From Auanema rhodensis (lineage: Eukaryota > Animalia > Nematoda): a DNA stretch of 64,000 bases. Position numbers and translations under genes: made by a program. Position 1 is the first letter of the stretch, and each line of letters opens with the position of its first letter. The stretch lies in contig OZ059899.1 in NCBI GenBank assembly GCA_964057225.1, forward strand, positions 1,922,001 through 1,986,000, in the 5' to 3' direction. Below, piece by piece: positions 1 through 12,100 of the stretch. Below the pieces are notes generated by a model. The model was not told the DNA's origin. It made no database searches and saw nothing but the letters and a program-made list of their open reading frames with translations.

Positions 1-11
1 AAAAAATGGAA

Positions 12-83
12 TCTAAAAACATCTACTTTTTGCTAAATTATTTTGAAATTTTTCGAAAAAATTTTTGTCAAAATGTTTTTGGA
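12..83. repeat. Nested A/T-tract inverted repeats around the palindrome TTTTTCGAAAAA (in essentially every monomer)
   Basis: Perfect 12-bp palindrome at 49-60. ATTTTGA 40-46 pairs with TCAAAAT 68-74. AAAAACAT 15-22 pairs with ATGTTTTT 73-80 and extends to 12/83 with one mismatch. Confidence 0.85.
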
Positions 84-87
84 AGCA

Positions 88-115
88 ATGTTGAGTGTAC
101 ATGGAAACTCAACAT
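88..115. repeat. Inverted repeat, 9-bp stem, 10-nt loop (per monomer)
   Basis: ATGTTGAGT (88-96) is the exact reverse complement of ACTCAACAT (107-115). Confidence 0.92.
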
Positions 116-198
116 ACACTAATGCATCATTTTTCAAACAATCATAACTAATTTGTGTATCAAGCGTTTCTCAATGTAGTATAGTGCATTCGATGCGG

Positions 199-249
199 AT
201 TTTTAAGCTGCGTCGATCTGTGTTATCAGATTTGCGCTAGCTTAAAAAT
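199..249. repeat. Long imperfect inverted repeat, 51 nt (per monomer)
   Basis: ATTTTTAAGCT 199-209 and AGCTTAAAAAT 239-249 form 11 perfect bp. GCG 210-212 pairs with CGC 235-237 after a 1-nt bulge. ATCTG 216-220 pairs with CAGAT 227-231 around loop TGTTAT. Confidence 0.92.
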
Positions 250-257
250 GCACCGAG

Positions 258-288
258 ATATCAACTGATATAAGTTCACACTTATATC
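258..288. repeat. Two overlapping inverted repeats (per monomer)
   Basis: ATATCA-ac-TGATAT at 258-271 overlaps GATATAAGT-tcac-ACTTATATC at 267-288 (9-bp perfect stem). Confidence 0.92.
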
Positions 289-3200
289 CTCGATTTTCAC
301 CCTGAAGAATTGATTTTTTCGTTGAATAACATTGTCCATCGTCTTTGCCTTGAAAAATGAAATCTAAAAACATCTACTTTTTGCTAAATTATTTTGAAAT
401 TTTTCGAAAAAATTTTTGTCAAAATGTTTTTGGAAGCAATGTTAAGTGTACATGGAAACTCAACATACACTAATGCATCATTTTTCAAACGATCATAACT
501 AATTTTTGTATTGAGCGTTTCTCAATGTAGTATAGTGCATTCGATGCGGATTTTTAAGCTGCGTCGATCTGTGTTATCAGATTTGCGCTAGCTTAAAAAT
601 GCACCGAGATATCAACTGATATAAGTTCACACTTATATCCTCGATTTTCACCCTGAAGAATTAATTTTTTCGTTGAATAACATTGTCCATCGTCTTTGCC
701 TTGAAAAATGGAATCTAAAAACATCTACTTTTTGCTAAATTATTTTGAAATTTTTCGAAAAAATTTTTGTCAAAATGTTTTTGGAAGCAATGTTGAGTGT
801 ACATGGAAACTCAACATACACTAATGCATCATTTTTCAAACGATCATAACTAATTTTTGTATCAAGCGTTTCTCAACGTAGTATAGTGCATTCGATGCGG
901 ATTTTTAAGCTGCGTCGATCTGTGTTATCAGATTTGCGCTAGCTTAAAAATGCACCGAGATATCAACTGATATAAGTTCACACTTATATCCTCGATTTTC
1001 ACCCTGAAGAATTGATTTTTTCGTTGAATAACATTGTCCATCGTCTTTGCCTTGGAAAATGAAATCTAAAAACATCTACTTTTTGCTAAATTATTTTGAA
1101 ATTTTTCGAAAAAATTTTTGTCAAAATGTTTTTGGAAGCAATGTTGAGTGTACATGGAAACTCAACATACACTAATGCATCATTTTTCAAACGATCATAA
1201 CTAATTTTTGTATTGTGCGTTTCTCAATGTAGTATAGTGCATTCGATGCGGATTTTTAAGCTGCGTCGATCTGTGTTATCAGATTTGCGCTAGCTTAAAA
1301 ATGCACCGAGATATCAACTGATATAAGTTCACACTTATATCCTCGATTTTCACCCTGAAGAAATATTTTTTTCGTTGAATAACATTGTCCATCGTCTTTG
1401 CCTTGAAAAAAGGAATCTAAAAACATCTACTTTTTGCTAAATTATTTTGAAATTTTTCGAAAAAATTTTTGTCAAAATGTTTTTGGAAACAATGTTGAGT
1501 GTACATGGAAACTCAACATACACTAATGCATCATTTTTCAAACGATCATAACTAATTTTTGTATTAAGCGTTTCTCAATGTAGTATAGTGCATTCGATGC
1601 GGATTTTTAAGCTGCGTCGATCTGTGTTATCAGATTTGCGCTAGCTTAAAAATGCACCGAGATATCAACTGATATAAGTTCACACTTATATCCTCGATTT
1701 TCACCCTGAAGAATTAATTTTTTCGTTGAATTACATTGTCCATCGTCTTTGCCTTGAAAAATGGAATCTAAAAACATCTACTTTTTGCTAAATTATTCTG
1801 AAATTTTTCGAAAAAATTTTTTTGTTAAAATGTTTTTGGAAGCAATGTTGAGTGTACATGGAAACTCAACATACACTAATGCATCATTTTTCAAACAATC
1901 ATAACTAATTTGTGTATTAAGCGTTTCTCAATGTAGTATAGTGCATTCGATGCGGATTTTTAAGCTGCGTCGATCTGTGTGATCAGATTTGCGCTAGCTT
2001 AAAAATGCACCGAGATATCAACTGATATAAGTTCACACTTATATCCTCGATTTTCACCCTGAAGAATTGATTTTTTCGTTGAATAACATTGTCTATCGTC
2101 TTTGCCTTGAAAAATGGAATCTAAAAACATCTACTTTTTGCTAAATTATTTTGAAATTTTTCGAAAAAATTTTTGTCAAAATGTTTTTGGAAGCAATGTT
2201 GAGTGTACATGGAAACTCAACATACACTAATGCATCATTTTTCAAACGATCATAACTAATTTTTGTATCAAGCGTTTCTCGATGTAGTATAGTGCATTCG
2301 ATGCGGATTTTTAAGCTGCGTCGATCTGTGTTATCAGATTTGCGCTAGCTTAAAAATGCACCGAGATATCAACTGATATAAGTTCACACTTATATCTTCG
2401 ATTTTCACCCTGAAGAATTAATTTTTTTGTTGAATAACATTGTCCATCGTCTTTGCCTTAAAAAAGGAATCTAAAAACATCTACTTTTTGCTAAATTATT
2501 TTGAAATTTTTCGAAAAAATTTTTGTCAAAATGTTTTTGGAAGCAATGTTGAGTGTACATGGAAACTCAACATACACTAATGCATCATTTTTCAAACAAT
2601 CATAACTAATTTGTGTATCAAGCGTTTCTCAATGTAGTATAGTGCATTCGATGCGGATTTTTAAGCTGCGTCGATCTGTGTTATCAGATTTGCGCTAGCT
2701 TAAAAATGCACCGAGATATCAACTGATATAAGTTCACACTTATATCCTCGATTTTCACCCTGAAGAATTAATTTTTTCGTTGAATAACATTGTCCATCGT
2801 CTTTGCCTTGAAAAATGGAATCTAAAAACATCTACTTTTTGCTAAATTATTTTGAAATTTTTCGAAAAAATTTTTGTCAAAATGTTTTTGGAAGCAATGT
2901 TGAGTGTACATGGAAACTCAACATACACTAATGCATCATTTTTCAAACAATCATAACTAATTTGTGTATCAAGCGTTTCTCAATGTAGTATAGTGCATTC
3001 GATGCGGATTTTTAAGCTGCGTCGATCTGTGTTATCAGATTTGCGCTAGCTTAAAAATGCACCGAGATATCAACTGATATAAGTTCACACTTATATCCTC
3101 GATTTTCACCCTGAAGAATTAATTTTTTCGTTGAATAACATTGTCCATCGTCTTTGCCTTGAAAAATGGAATCTAAAAACATCTACTTTTTGCTAAATTA

Positions 3201-6200
3201 TTTTGAAATTTTTCGAAAAAATTTTTGTCAAAATGTTTTTGGAAGCAATGTTGAGTGTACATGGAAACTCAACATACACTAATGCATCATTTTTCAAACG
3301 ATCATAACTAATTTTTGTATCAAGCGTTTCTCAACGTAGTATAGTGCATTCGATGCGGATTTTTAAGCTGCGTCGATCTGTGTTATCAGATTTGCGCTAG
3401 CTTAAAAATGCACCGAGATATCAACTGATATAAGTTCACACTTATATCCTCGATTTTCACCCTGAAGAATTAATTTTTTCGTTGAATAACATTGTCCATC
3501 GTCTTTGCCTTGAAAAATGGAATCTAAAAACATCTACTTTTTGCTAAACTATTTTGAAATTTTTCGAAAAAATTTTTGTCAAAATGTTTTTGGAAGCAAT
3601 GTTGAGTGTACATGGAAACTCAACATACACTAATGCATCATTTTTCAAACAATCATAACTAATTTGTGTATCAAGCGTTTCTCAATGTAGTATAGTGCAT
3701 TCGATGCGGATTTTTAAGCTGCGTCGATCTGTGTTATCAGATTTGCGCTAGCTTAAAAATGCACCGAGATATCAACTGATATAAGTTCACACTTATATCC
3801 TCGATTTTCACCCTGAAGAATTAATTTTTTCGTTGAATAACATTGTCCATCGTCTTTGCCTTGAAAAATGGAATCTAAAAACATCTACTTTTTGCTAAAT
3901 TATTCTGAAATTTTTCGAAAAAATTTTTTTGTTAAAATGTTTTTGGAAGCAATGTTGAGTGTACATGGAAACTCAACATACACTAATGCATCATTTTTCA
4001 AACGATCATAACTAATTTTTGTATTGAGCGTTTCTCAATGTAGTATAGTGCATTCGATGCGGATTTTTAAGCTGCGTCGATCTGTGTTATCAGATTTGCG
4101 CTAGCTTAAAAATGCACCGAGATATCAACTGATATAAGTTCACACTTATATCCTCGATTTTCACCCTGAAGAATTAATTTTTTCGTTGAATAACATTGTC
4201 CATCGTCTTTGCCTTGAAAAATGGAATCTAAAAACATCTACTTTTTGCTAAATTATTCTGAAATTTTTCGAAAAAATTTTTTTGTTAAAATGTTTTTGGA
4301 AGCAATGTTGAGTGTACATGGAAACTCAACATACACTAATGCATCATTTTTCAAACAATCATAACTAATTTGTGTATCAAGGGTTTCTCAATGTAGTATA
4401 GTGCATTCGATGCGGATTTTTAAGCTGCGTCGATCTGTGTTATCAGATTTGCGCTAGCTTAAAAATGCACCGAGATATCAACTGATATAAGTTCACACTT
4501 ATATCCTCGATTTTCACCCTGAAGAATTGATTTTTTCGTTGAATAACACTGTCCATCGTCTTTGCCTTGAAAAATGAAATCTAAAAACATCTACTTTTTG
4601 CTAAATTATTTTGAAATTTTTCGAAAAAATTTTTGTCAAAATGTTTTTGGAAGCAATGTTAAGTGTACATGGAAACTCAACATACACTAATGCATCATTT
4701 TTCAAACGATCATAACTAATTTTTGTATTGAGCGTTTCTCAATGTAGTATAGTGCATTCGATGCGGATTTTTAAGCTGCGTCGATCTGTGTTATCAGATT
4801 TGCGCTAGCTTAAAAATGCACCGAGATATCAACTGATATAAGTTCACACTTATATCCTCGATTTTCACCCTGAAGAATTAATTTTTTCGTTGAATAACAT
4901 TGTCCATCGTCTTTGCCTTGAAAAATGGAATCTAAAAACATCTACTTTTTGCTAAATTATTCTGAAATTTTTCGAAAAAATTTTTTTGTTAAAATGTTTT
5001 TGGAAGCAATGTTGAGTGTACATGGAAACTCAACATACACTAATGCATCATTTTTCAAACGATCATAACTAATTTTTGTATTGAGCGTTTCTCAATGTAG
5101 TATAGTGCATTCGATGCGGATTTTTAAGCTGCGTCGATCTGTGTTATCAGATTTGCGCTAGCTTAAAAATGCACCGAGATATCAACTGATATAAGTTCAC
5201 ACTTATATCCTCGATTTTCACCCTGAAGAATTAATTTTTTCGTTGAATAACATTGTCCATCGTCTTTGCCTTGAAAAATGGAATCTAAAAACATCTACTT
5301 TTTGCTAAATTATTTTGAAATTTTTCGAAAAAATTTTTGTCAAAATGTTTTTGGAAGCAATGTTGAGTGTACATGGAAACTCAACATACACTAATGCATC
5401 ATTTTTCAAACGATCATAACTAATTTTTGTATCAAGCGTTTCTCAACGTAGTATAGTGCATTCGATGCGGATTTTTAAGCTGCGTCGATCTGTGTTATCA
5501 GATTTGCGCTAGCTTAAAAATGCACCGAGATATCAACTGATATAAGTTCACACTTATATCCTCGATTTTCACCCTGAAGAATTGATTTTTTCGTTGAATA
5601 ACATTGTCCATCGTCTTTGCCTTGGAAAATGAAATCTAAAAACATCTACTTTTTGCTAAATTATTTTGAAATTTTTCGAAAAAATTTTTGTCAAAATGTT
5701 TTTGGAAACAATGTTGAGTGTACATGGAAACTCAACATACACTAATGCATCATTTTTCAAACGATCATAACTAATTTTTGTATTAAGCGTTTCTCAATGT
5801 AGTATAGTGCATTCGATGCGGATTTTTAAGCTGCGTCGATCTGTGTTATCAGATTTGCGCTAGCTTAAAAATGCACCGAGATATCAACTGATATAAGTTC
5901 ACACTTATATCCTCGATTTTCACCCTGAAGAATTAATTTTTTCGTTGAATTACATTGTCCATCGTCTTTGCCTTGAAAAATGGAATCTAAAAACATCTAC
6001 TTTTTGCTAAATTATTCTGAAATTTTTCGAAAAAATTTTTTTGTTAAAATGTTTTTGGAAGCAATGTTGAGTGTACATGGAAACTCAACATACACTAATG
6101 CATCATTTTTCAAACAATCATAACTAATTTGTGTATTAAGCGTTTCTCAATGTAGTATAGTGCATTCGATGCGGATTTTTAAGCTGCGTCGATCTGTGTG

Positions 6201-9135
6201 ATCAGATTTGCGCTAGCTTAAAAATGCACCGAGATATCAACTGATATAAGTTCACACTTATATCCTCGATTTTCACCCTGAAGAATTGATTTTTTCGTTG
6301 AATAACATTGTCTATCGTCTTTGCCTTGAAAAATGGAATCTAAAAACATCTACTTTTTGCTAAATTATTTTGAAATTTTTCGAAAAAATTTTTGTCAAAA
6401 TGTTTTTGGAAGCAATGTTGAGTGTACATGGAAACTCAACATACACTAATGCATCATTTTTCAAACGATCATAACTAATTTTTGTATCAAGCGTTTCTCG
6501 ATGTAGTATAGTGCATTCGATGCGGATTTTTAAGCTGCGTCGATCTGTGTTATCAGATTTGCGCTAGCTTAAAAATGCACCGAGATATCAACTGATATAA
6601 GTTCACACTTATATCTTCGATTTTCACCCTGAAGAATTAATTTTTTTGTTGAATAACATTGTCCATCGTCTTTGCCTTAAAAAAGGAATCTAAAAACATC
6701 TACTTTTTGCTAAATTATTTTGAAATTTTTCGAAAAAATTTTTGTCAAAATGTTTTTGGAAGCAATGTTGAGTGTACATGGAAACTCAACATACACTAAT
6801 GCATCATTTTTCAAACAATCATAACTAATTTGTGTATCAAGCGTTTCTCAATGTAGTATAGTGCATTCGATGCGGATTTTTAAGCTGCGTCGATCTGTGT
6901 TATCAGATTTGCGCTAGCTTAAAAATGCACCGAGATATCAACTGATATAAGTTCACACTTATATCCTCGATTTTCACCCTGAAGAATTAATTTTTTCGTT
7001 GAATAACATTGTCCATCGTCTTTGCCTTGAAAAATGGAATCTAAAAACATCTACTTTTTGCTAAATTATTTTGAAATTTTTCGAAAAAATTTTTGTCAAA
7101 ATGTTTTTGGAAGCAATGTTGAGTGTACATGGAAACTCAACATACACTAATGCATCATTTTTCAAACAATCATAACTAATTTGTGTATCAAGCGTTTCTC
7201 AATGTAGTATAGTGCATTCGATGCGGATTTTTAAGCTGCGTCGATCTGTGTTATCAGATTTGCGCTAGCTTAAAAATGCACCGAGATATCAACTGATATA
7301 AGTTCACACTTATATCCTCGATTTTCACCCTGAAGAATTAATTTTTTCGTTGAATAACATTGTCCATCGTCTTTGCCTTGAAAAATGGAATCTAAAAACA
7401 TCTACTTTTTGCTAAATTATTCTGAAATTTTTCGAAAAAATTTTTTTGTTAAAATGTTTTTGGAAGCAATGTTGAGTGTACATGGAAACTCAACATACAC
7501 TAATGCATCATTTTTCAAACAATCATAACTAATTTGTGTATCAAGCGTTTCTCAATGTAGTATAGTGCATTCGATGCGGATTTTTAAGCTGCGTCGATCT
7601 GTGTTATCAGATTTGCGCTAGCTTAAAAATGCACCGAGATATCAACTGATATAAGTTCACACTTATATCCTCGATTTTCACCCTGAAGAATTGATTTTTT
7701 CGTTGAATAACACTGTCCATCGTCTTTGCCTTGAAAAATGAAATCTAAAAACATCTACTTTTTGCTAAATTATTTTGAAATTTTTCGAAAAAATTTTTGT
7801 CAAAATGTTTTTGGAAGCAATGTTAAGTGTACATGGAAACTCAACATACACTAATGCATCATTTTTCAAACGATCATAACTAATTTTTGTATTGAGCGTT
7901 TCTCAATGTAGTATAGTGCATTCGATGCGGATTTTTAAGCTGCGTCGATCTGTGTTATCAGATTTGCGCTAGCTTAAAAATGCACCGAGATATCAACTGA
8001 TATAAGTTCACACTTATATCCTCGATTTTCACCCTGAAGAATTAATTTTTTCGTTGAATAACATTGTCCATCGTCTTTGCCTTAAAAAAGGAATCTAAAA
8101 ACATCTACTTTTTGCTAAATTATTTTGAAATTTTTCGAAAAAATTTTTGTCAAAATGTTTTTGGAAGCAATGTTGAGTGTACATGGAAACTCAACATACA
8201 CTAATGCATCATTTTTCAAACAATCATAACTAATTTGTGTATCAAGCGTTTCTCAATGTAGTATAGTGCATTCGATGCGGATTTTTAAGCTGCGTCGATC
8301 TGTGTTATCAGATTTGCGCTAGCTTAAAAATGCACCGAGATATCAACTGATATAAGTTCACACTTATATCCTCGATTTTCACCCTGAAGAATTAATTTTT
8401 TCGTTGAATAACATTGTCCATCGTCTTTGCCTTGAAAAATGGAATCTAAAAACATCTACTTTCTGCTAAATTATTTTGAAATTTTTCGAAAAAATTTTTG
8501 TCAAAATGTTTTTGGAAGCAATGTTGAGTGTACATGGAAACTCAACATACACTAATGCATCATTTTTCAAACAATCATAACTAATTTGTGTATCAAGCGT
8601 TTCTCAATGTAGTATAGTGCATTCGATGCGGATTTTTAAGCTGCGTCGATCTGTGTTATCAGATTTGCGCTAGCTTAAAAATGCACCGAGATATCAACTG
8701 ATATAAGTTCACACTTATATCCTCGATTTTCACCCTGAAGAATTGATTTTTTCGTTGAATAACACTGTCCATCGTCTTTGCCTTGAAAAATGAAATCTAA
8801 AAACATCTACTTTTTGCTAAATTATTTTGAAATTTTTCGAAAAAATTTTTGTCAAAATGTTTTTGGAAGCAATGTTAAGTGTACATGGAAACTCAACATA
8901 CACTAATGCATCATTTTTCAAACGATCATAACTAATTTTTGTATTGAGCGTTTCTCAATGTAGTATAGTGCATTCGATGCGGATTTTTAAGCTGCGTCGA
9001 TCTGTGTTATCAGATTTGCGCTAGCTTAAAAATGCACCGAGATATCAACTGATATAAGTTCACACTTATATCCTCGATTTTCACCCTGAAGAATTAATTT
9101 TTTCGTTGAATAACATTGTCCATCGTCTTTGCCTT

Positions 9136-12100
9136 GAAAAATGGAATCTAAAAACATCTACTTTTTGCTAAATTATTTTGAAATTTTTCGAAAAAATTTT
9201 TGTCAAAATGTTTTTGGAAGCAATGTTGAGTGTACATGGAAACTCAACATACACTAATGCATCATTTTTCAAACGATCATAACTAATTTTTGTATCAAGC
9301 GTTTCTCAACGTAGTATAGTGCATTCGATGCGGATTTTTAAGCTGCGTCGATCTGTGTTATCAGATTTGCGCTAGCTTAAAAATGCACCGAGATATCAAC
9401 TGATATAAGTTCACACTTATATCCTCGATTTTCACCCTGAAGAGTTGATTTTTTCGTTGAATAACATTGTCCATCGTCTTTGCCTTGGAAAATGAAATCT
9501 AAAAACATCTACTTTTTGCTAAATTATTTTGAAATTTTTCGAAAAAATTTTTGTCAAAATGTTTTTGGAAGCAATGTTGAGTGTACATGGAAACTCAACA
9601 TACACTAATGCATCATTTTTCAAACGATCATAACTAATTTTTGTATTGTGCGTTTCTCAATGTAGTATAGTGCATTCGATGCGGATTTTTAAGCTGCGTC
9701 GATCTGTGTTATCAGATTTGCGCTAGCTTAAAAATGCACCGAGATATCAACTGATATAAGTTCACACTTATATCCTCGATTTTCACCCTGAAGAAATAAT
9801 TTTTTCGTTGAATAACATTGTCCATCGTCTTTGCCTTGAAAAAAGGAATCTAAAAACATCTACTTTTTGCTAAATTATTTTGAAATTTTTCGAAAAAATT
9901 TTTGTCAAAATGTTTTTGGAAACAATGTTGAGTGTACATGGAAACTCAACATACACTAATGCATCATTTTTCAAACGATCATAACTAATTTTTGTATTAA
10001 GCGTTTCTCAATGTAGTATAGTGCATTCGATGCGGATTTTTTAGCTGCGTCGATCAGTGTTATCAGATTTGCGCTAGCTTAAAAATGCACCGAGATATCA
10101 ACTGATATAAGTTCACACTTATATCCTCGATTTTCACCCTGAAGAATTAATTTTTTCGTTGAATAACATTGTCCATCGTCTTTGCCTTGAAAAATGGAAT
10201 CTAAAAACATCTACTTTTTGCTAAATTATTTTGAAATTTTTCGAAAAAATTTTTGTCAAAATGTTTTTGGAAGCAATGTTGAGTGTACATGGAAACTCAA
10301 CATACACTAATGCATCATTTTTCAAACGATCATAACTAATTTTTGTATCAAGCGTTTCTCGATGTAGTATAGTGCATTCGATGCGGATTTTTAAGCTGCG
10401 TCGATCTGTGTTATCAGATTTGCGCTAGCTTAAAAATGCACCGAGATATCAACTGATATAAGTTCACACTTATATCCTCGATTTTCACCCTGAAGAATTA
10501 ATTTTTTCGTTGAATAACATTGTCCATCGTCTTTGCCTCGAAAAATGGAATCTAAAAACATCTACTTTTTGCTAAATTATTTTGAAATTTTTCGAAAAAA
10601 TTTTTGTCAAAATGTTTTTGGAAGCAATGTTGAGTGTACATGGAAATTCAACATACACTAATGCATCATTTTTCAAACGATCATAACTAATTTGTGTATT
10701 AAGCGTTTCTCAATGTAGTATAGTGCATTCGATGCGGATTTTTAAGCTGCGTCGATCTGTGTTATCAGATTTGCGCTAGCTTAAAAATGCACCGAGATAT
10801 CAACTGATATAAGTTCACACTTATATCCTCGATTTTCACCCTGAAGAATTGATTTTTTCGTTGAATAACATTGTCTATCGTCTTTGCCTTGAAAAATGGA
10901 ATCTAAAAACATCTACTTTTTGCTAAATTATTTTGAAATTTTTCGAAAAAATTTTTGTCAAAATGTTTTTGGAAGCAATGTTGAGTGTACATGGAAACTC
11001 AACATACACTAATGCATCATTTTTCAAACGATCATAACTAATTTTTGTATCAAGCGTTTCTCAACGTAGTATAGTGCATTCGATGCGGATTTTTAAGCTG
11101 CGTCGATCTGTGTTATCAGATTTGCGCTAGCTTAAAAATGCACCGAGATATCAACTGATATAAGTTCACACTTATATCCTCGATTTTCACCCTGAAGAAT
11201 TGATTTTTTCGTTGAATAACATTGTCCATCGTCTTTGCCTTGGAAAATGAAATCTAAAAACATCTACTTTTTGCTAAAATATTTTGAAATTTTTCGAAAA
11301 AATTTTTGTCAAAATGTTTTTGGAAGCAATGTTGAGTGTACATGGAAACTCAACATACACTAATGCATCATTTTTCAAACGATCATAACTAATTTTTGTA
11401 TTGTGCGTTTCTCAATGTAGTATAGTGCATTCGATGCGGATTTTTAAGCTGCGTCGATCTGTGTTATCAGATTTGCGCTAGCTTAAAAATGCACCGAGAT
11501 ATCAACTGATATAAGTTCACACTTATATCCTCGATTTTCACCCTGAAGAAATAATTTTTTCGTTGAATAACATTGTCCATCGTCTTTGCCTTGAAAAAAG
11601 GAATCTAAAAACATCTACTTTTTGCTAAATTATTTTGAAATTTTTCGAAAAAATTTTTGTCAAAATGTTTTTGGAAACAATGTTGAGTGTACATGGAAAC
11701 TCAACATACACTAATGCATCATTTTTCAAACGATCATAACTAATTTTTGTATTAAGCGTTTCTCAATGTAGTATAGTGCATTCGATGCGGATTTTTTAGC
11801 TGCGTCGATCAGTGTTATCAGATTTGCGCTAGCTTAAAAATGCACCGAGATATCAACTGATATAAGTTCACACTTATATCCTCGATTTTCACCCTGAAGA
11901 ATTAATTTTTTCGTTGAATAACATTGTCCATCGTCTTTGCCTTGAAAAATGGAATCTAAAAACATCTACTTTTTGCTAAATTATTTTGAAATTTTTCGAA
12001 AAAATTTTTGTCAAAATGTTTTTGGAAGCAATGTTGAGTGTACATGGAAACTCAACATACACTAATGCATCATTTTTCAAACGATCATAACTAATTTTTG

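Larger units (their letters stand above)
1..351. repeat. Representative satellite monomer (reference frame for monomer positions used elsewhere)
   Basis: Hand count gives 53 G + 58 C in 351 bp (31.6% GC) and 11 CpG. Palindromic 6-mers are TTCGAA 52-57, TGTACA 96-101, ATGCAT 122-127, GCTAGC 236-241 and GATATC 257-262. Confidence 0.97.
1..2809. repeat. 8-monomer higher-order repeat unit (types A-B-C-D-E-F-G-H), 2809 bp, copy 1
   Basis: Ordered diagnostic variants: B TTAAGT+ATTGAG; C CTCAACG; D GGAAAATGAA+ATTGTG+GAAATA; E AAAAGG+AAACAAT+GAATTAC; F ATTCTG+2 extra T+GTGATC; G CTCGAT+ATCTTCG+TTTTGTT; H 1-bp deletion at start. The same order recurs at 25639 and 34425. Confidence 0.85.

Noticed and set aside
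88-249. Conserved structured ncRNA (5S, tRNA, snRNA, SL RNA, hammerhead) in the monomer
   Set aside because: No diagnostic motifs were recognised. Common variants in the long stems (G93A, A205T, T219A/G, G229A) disrupt pairing without compensation. An Rfam cmscan search would settle this.
317-333. CENP-B-box-like TTTCGTTGAATAACATT
   Set aside because: It matches TTCG and the central A of nTTCGnnnnAnnCGGGn but lacks CGGG (5 of 9 key bases). TTCGATGCGG at 189-198 has the wrong spacing.
1-351. Internal ~175-bp dimer substructure, or identity with known ~350-360-bp satellites (Drosophila 1.688, tenebrionid satellites)
   Set aside because: The two halves show no visible similarity. Similar length and AT content alone do not support a family assignment, and I recognise no sequence identity.
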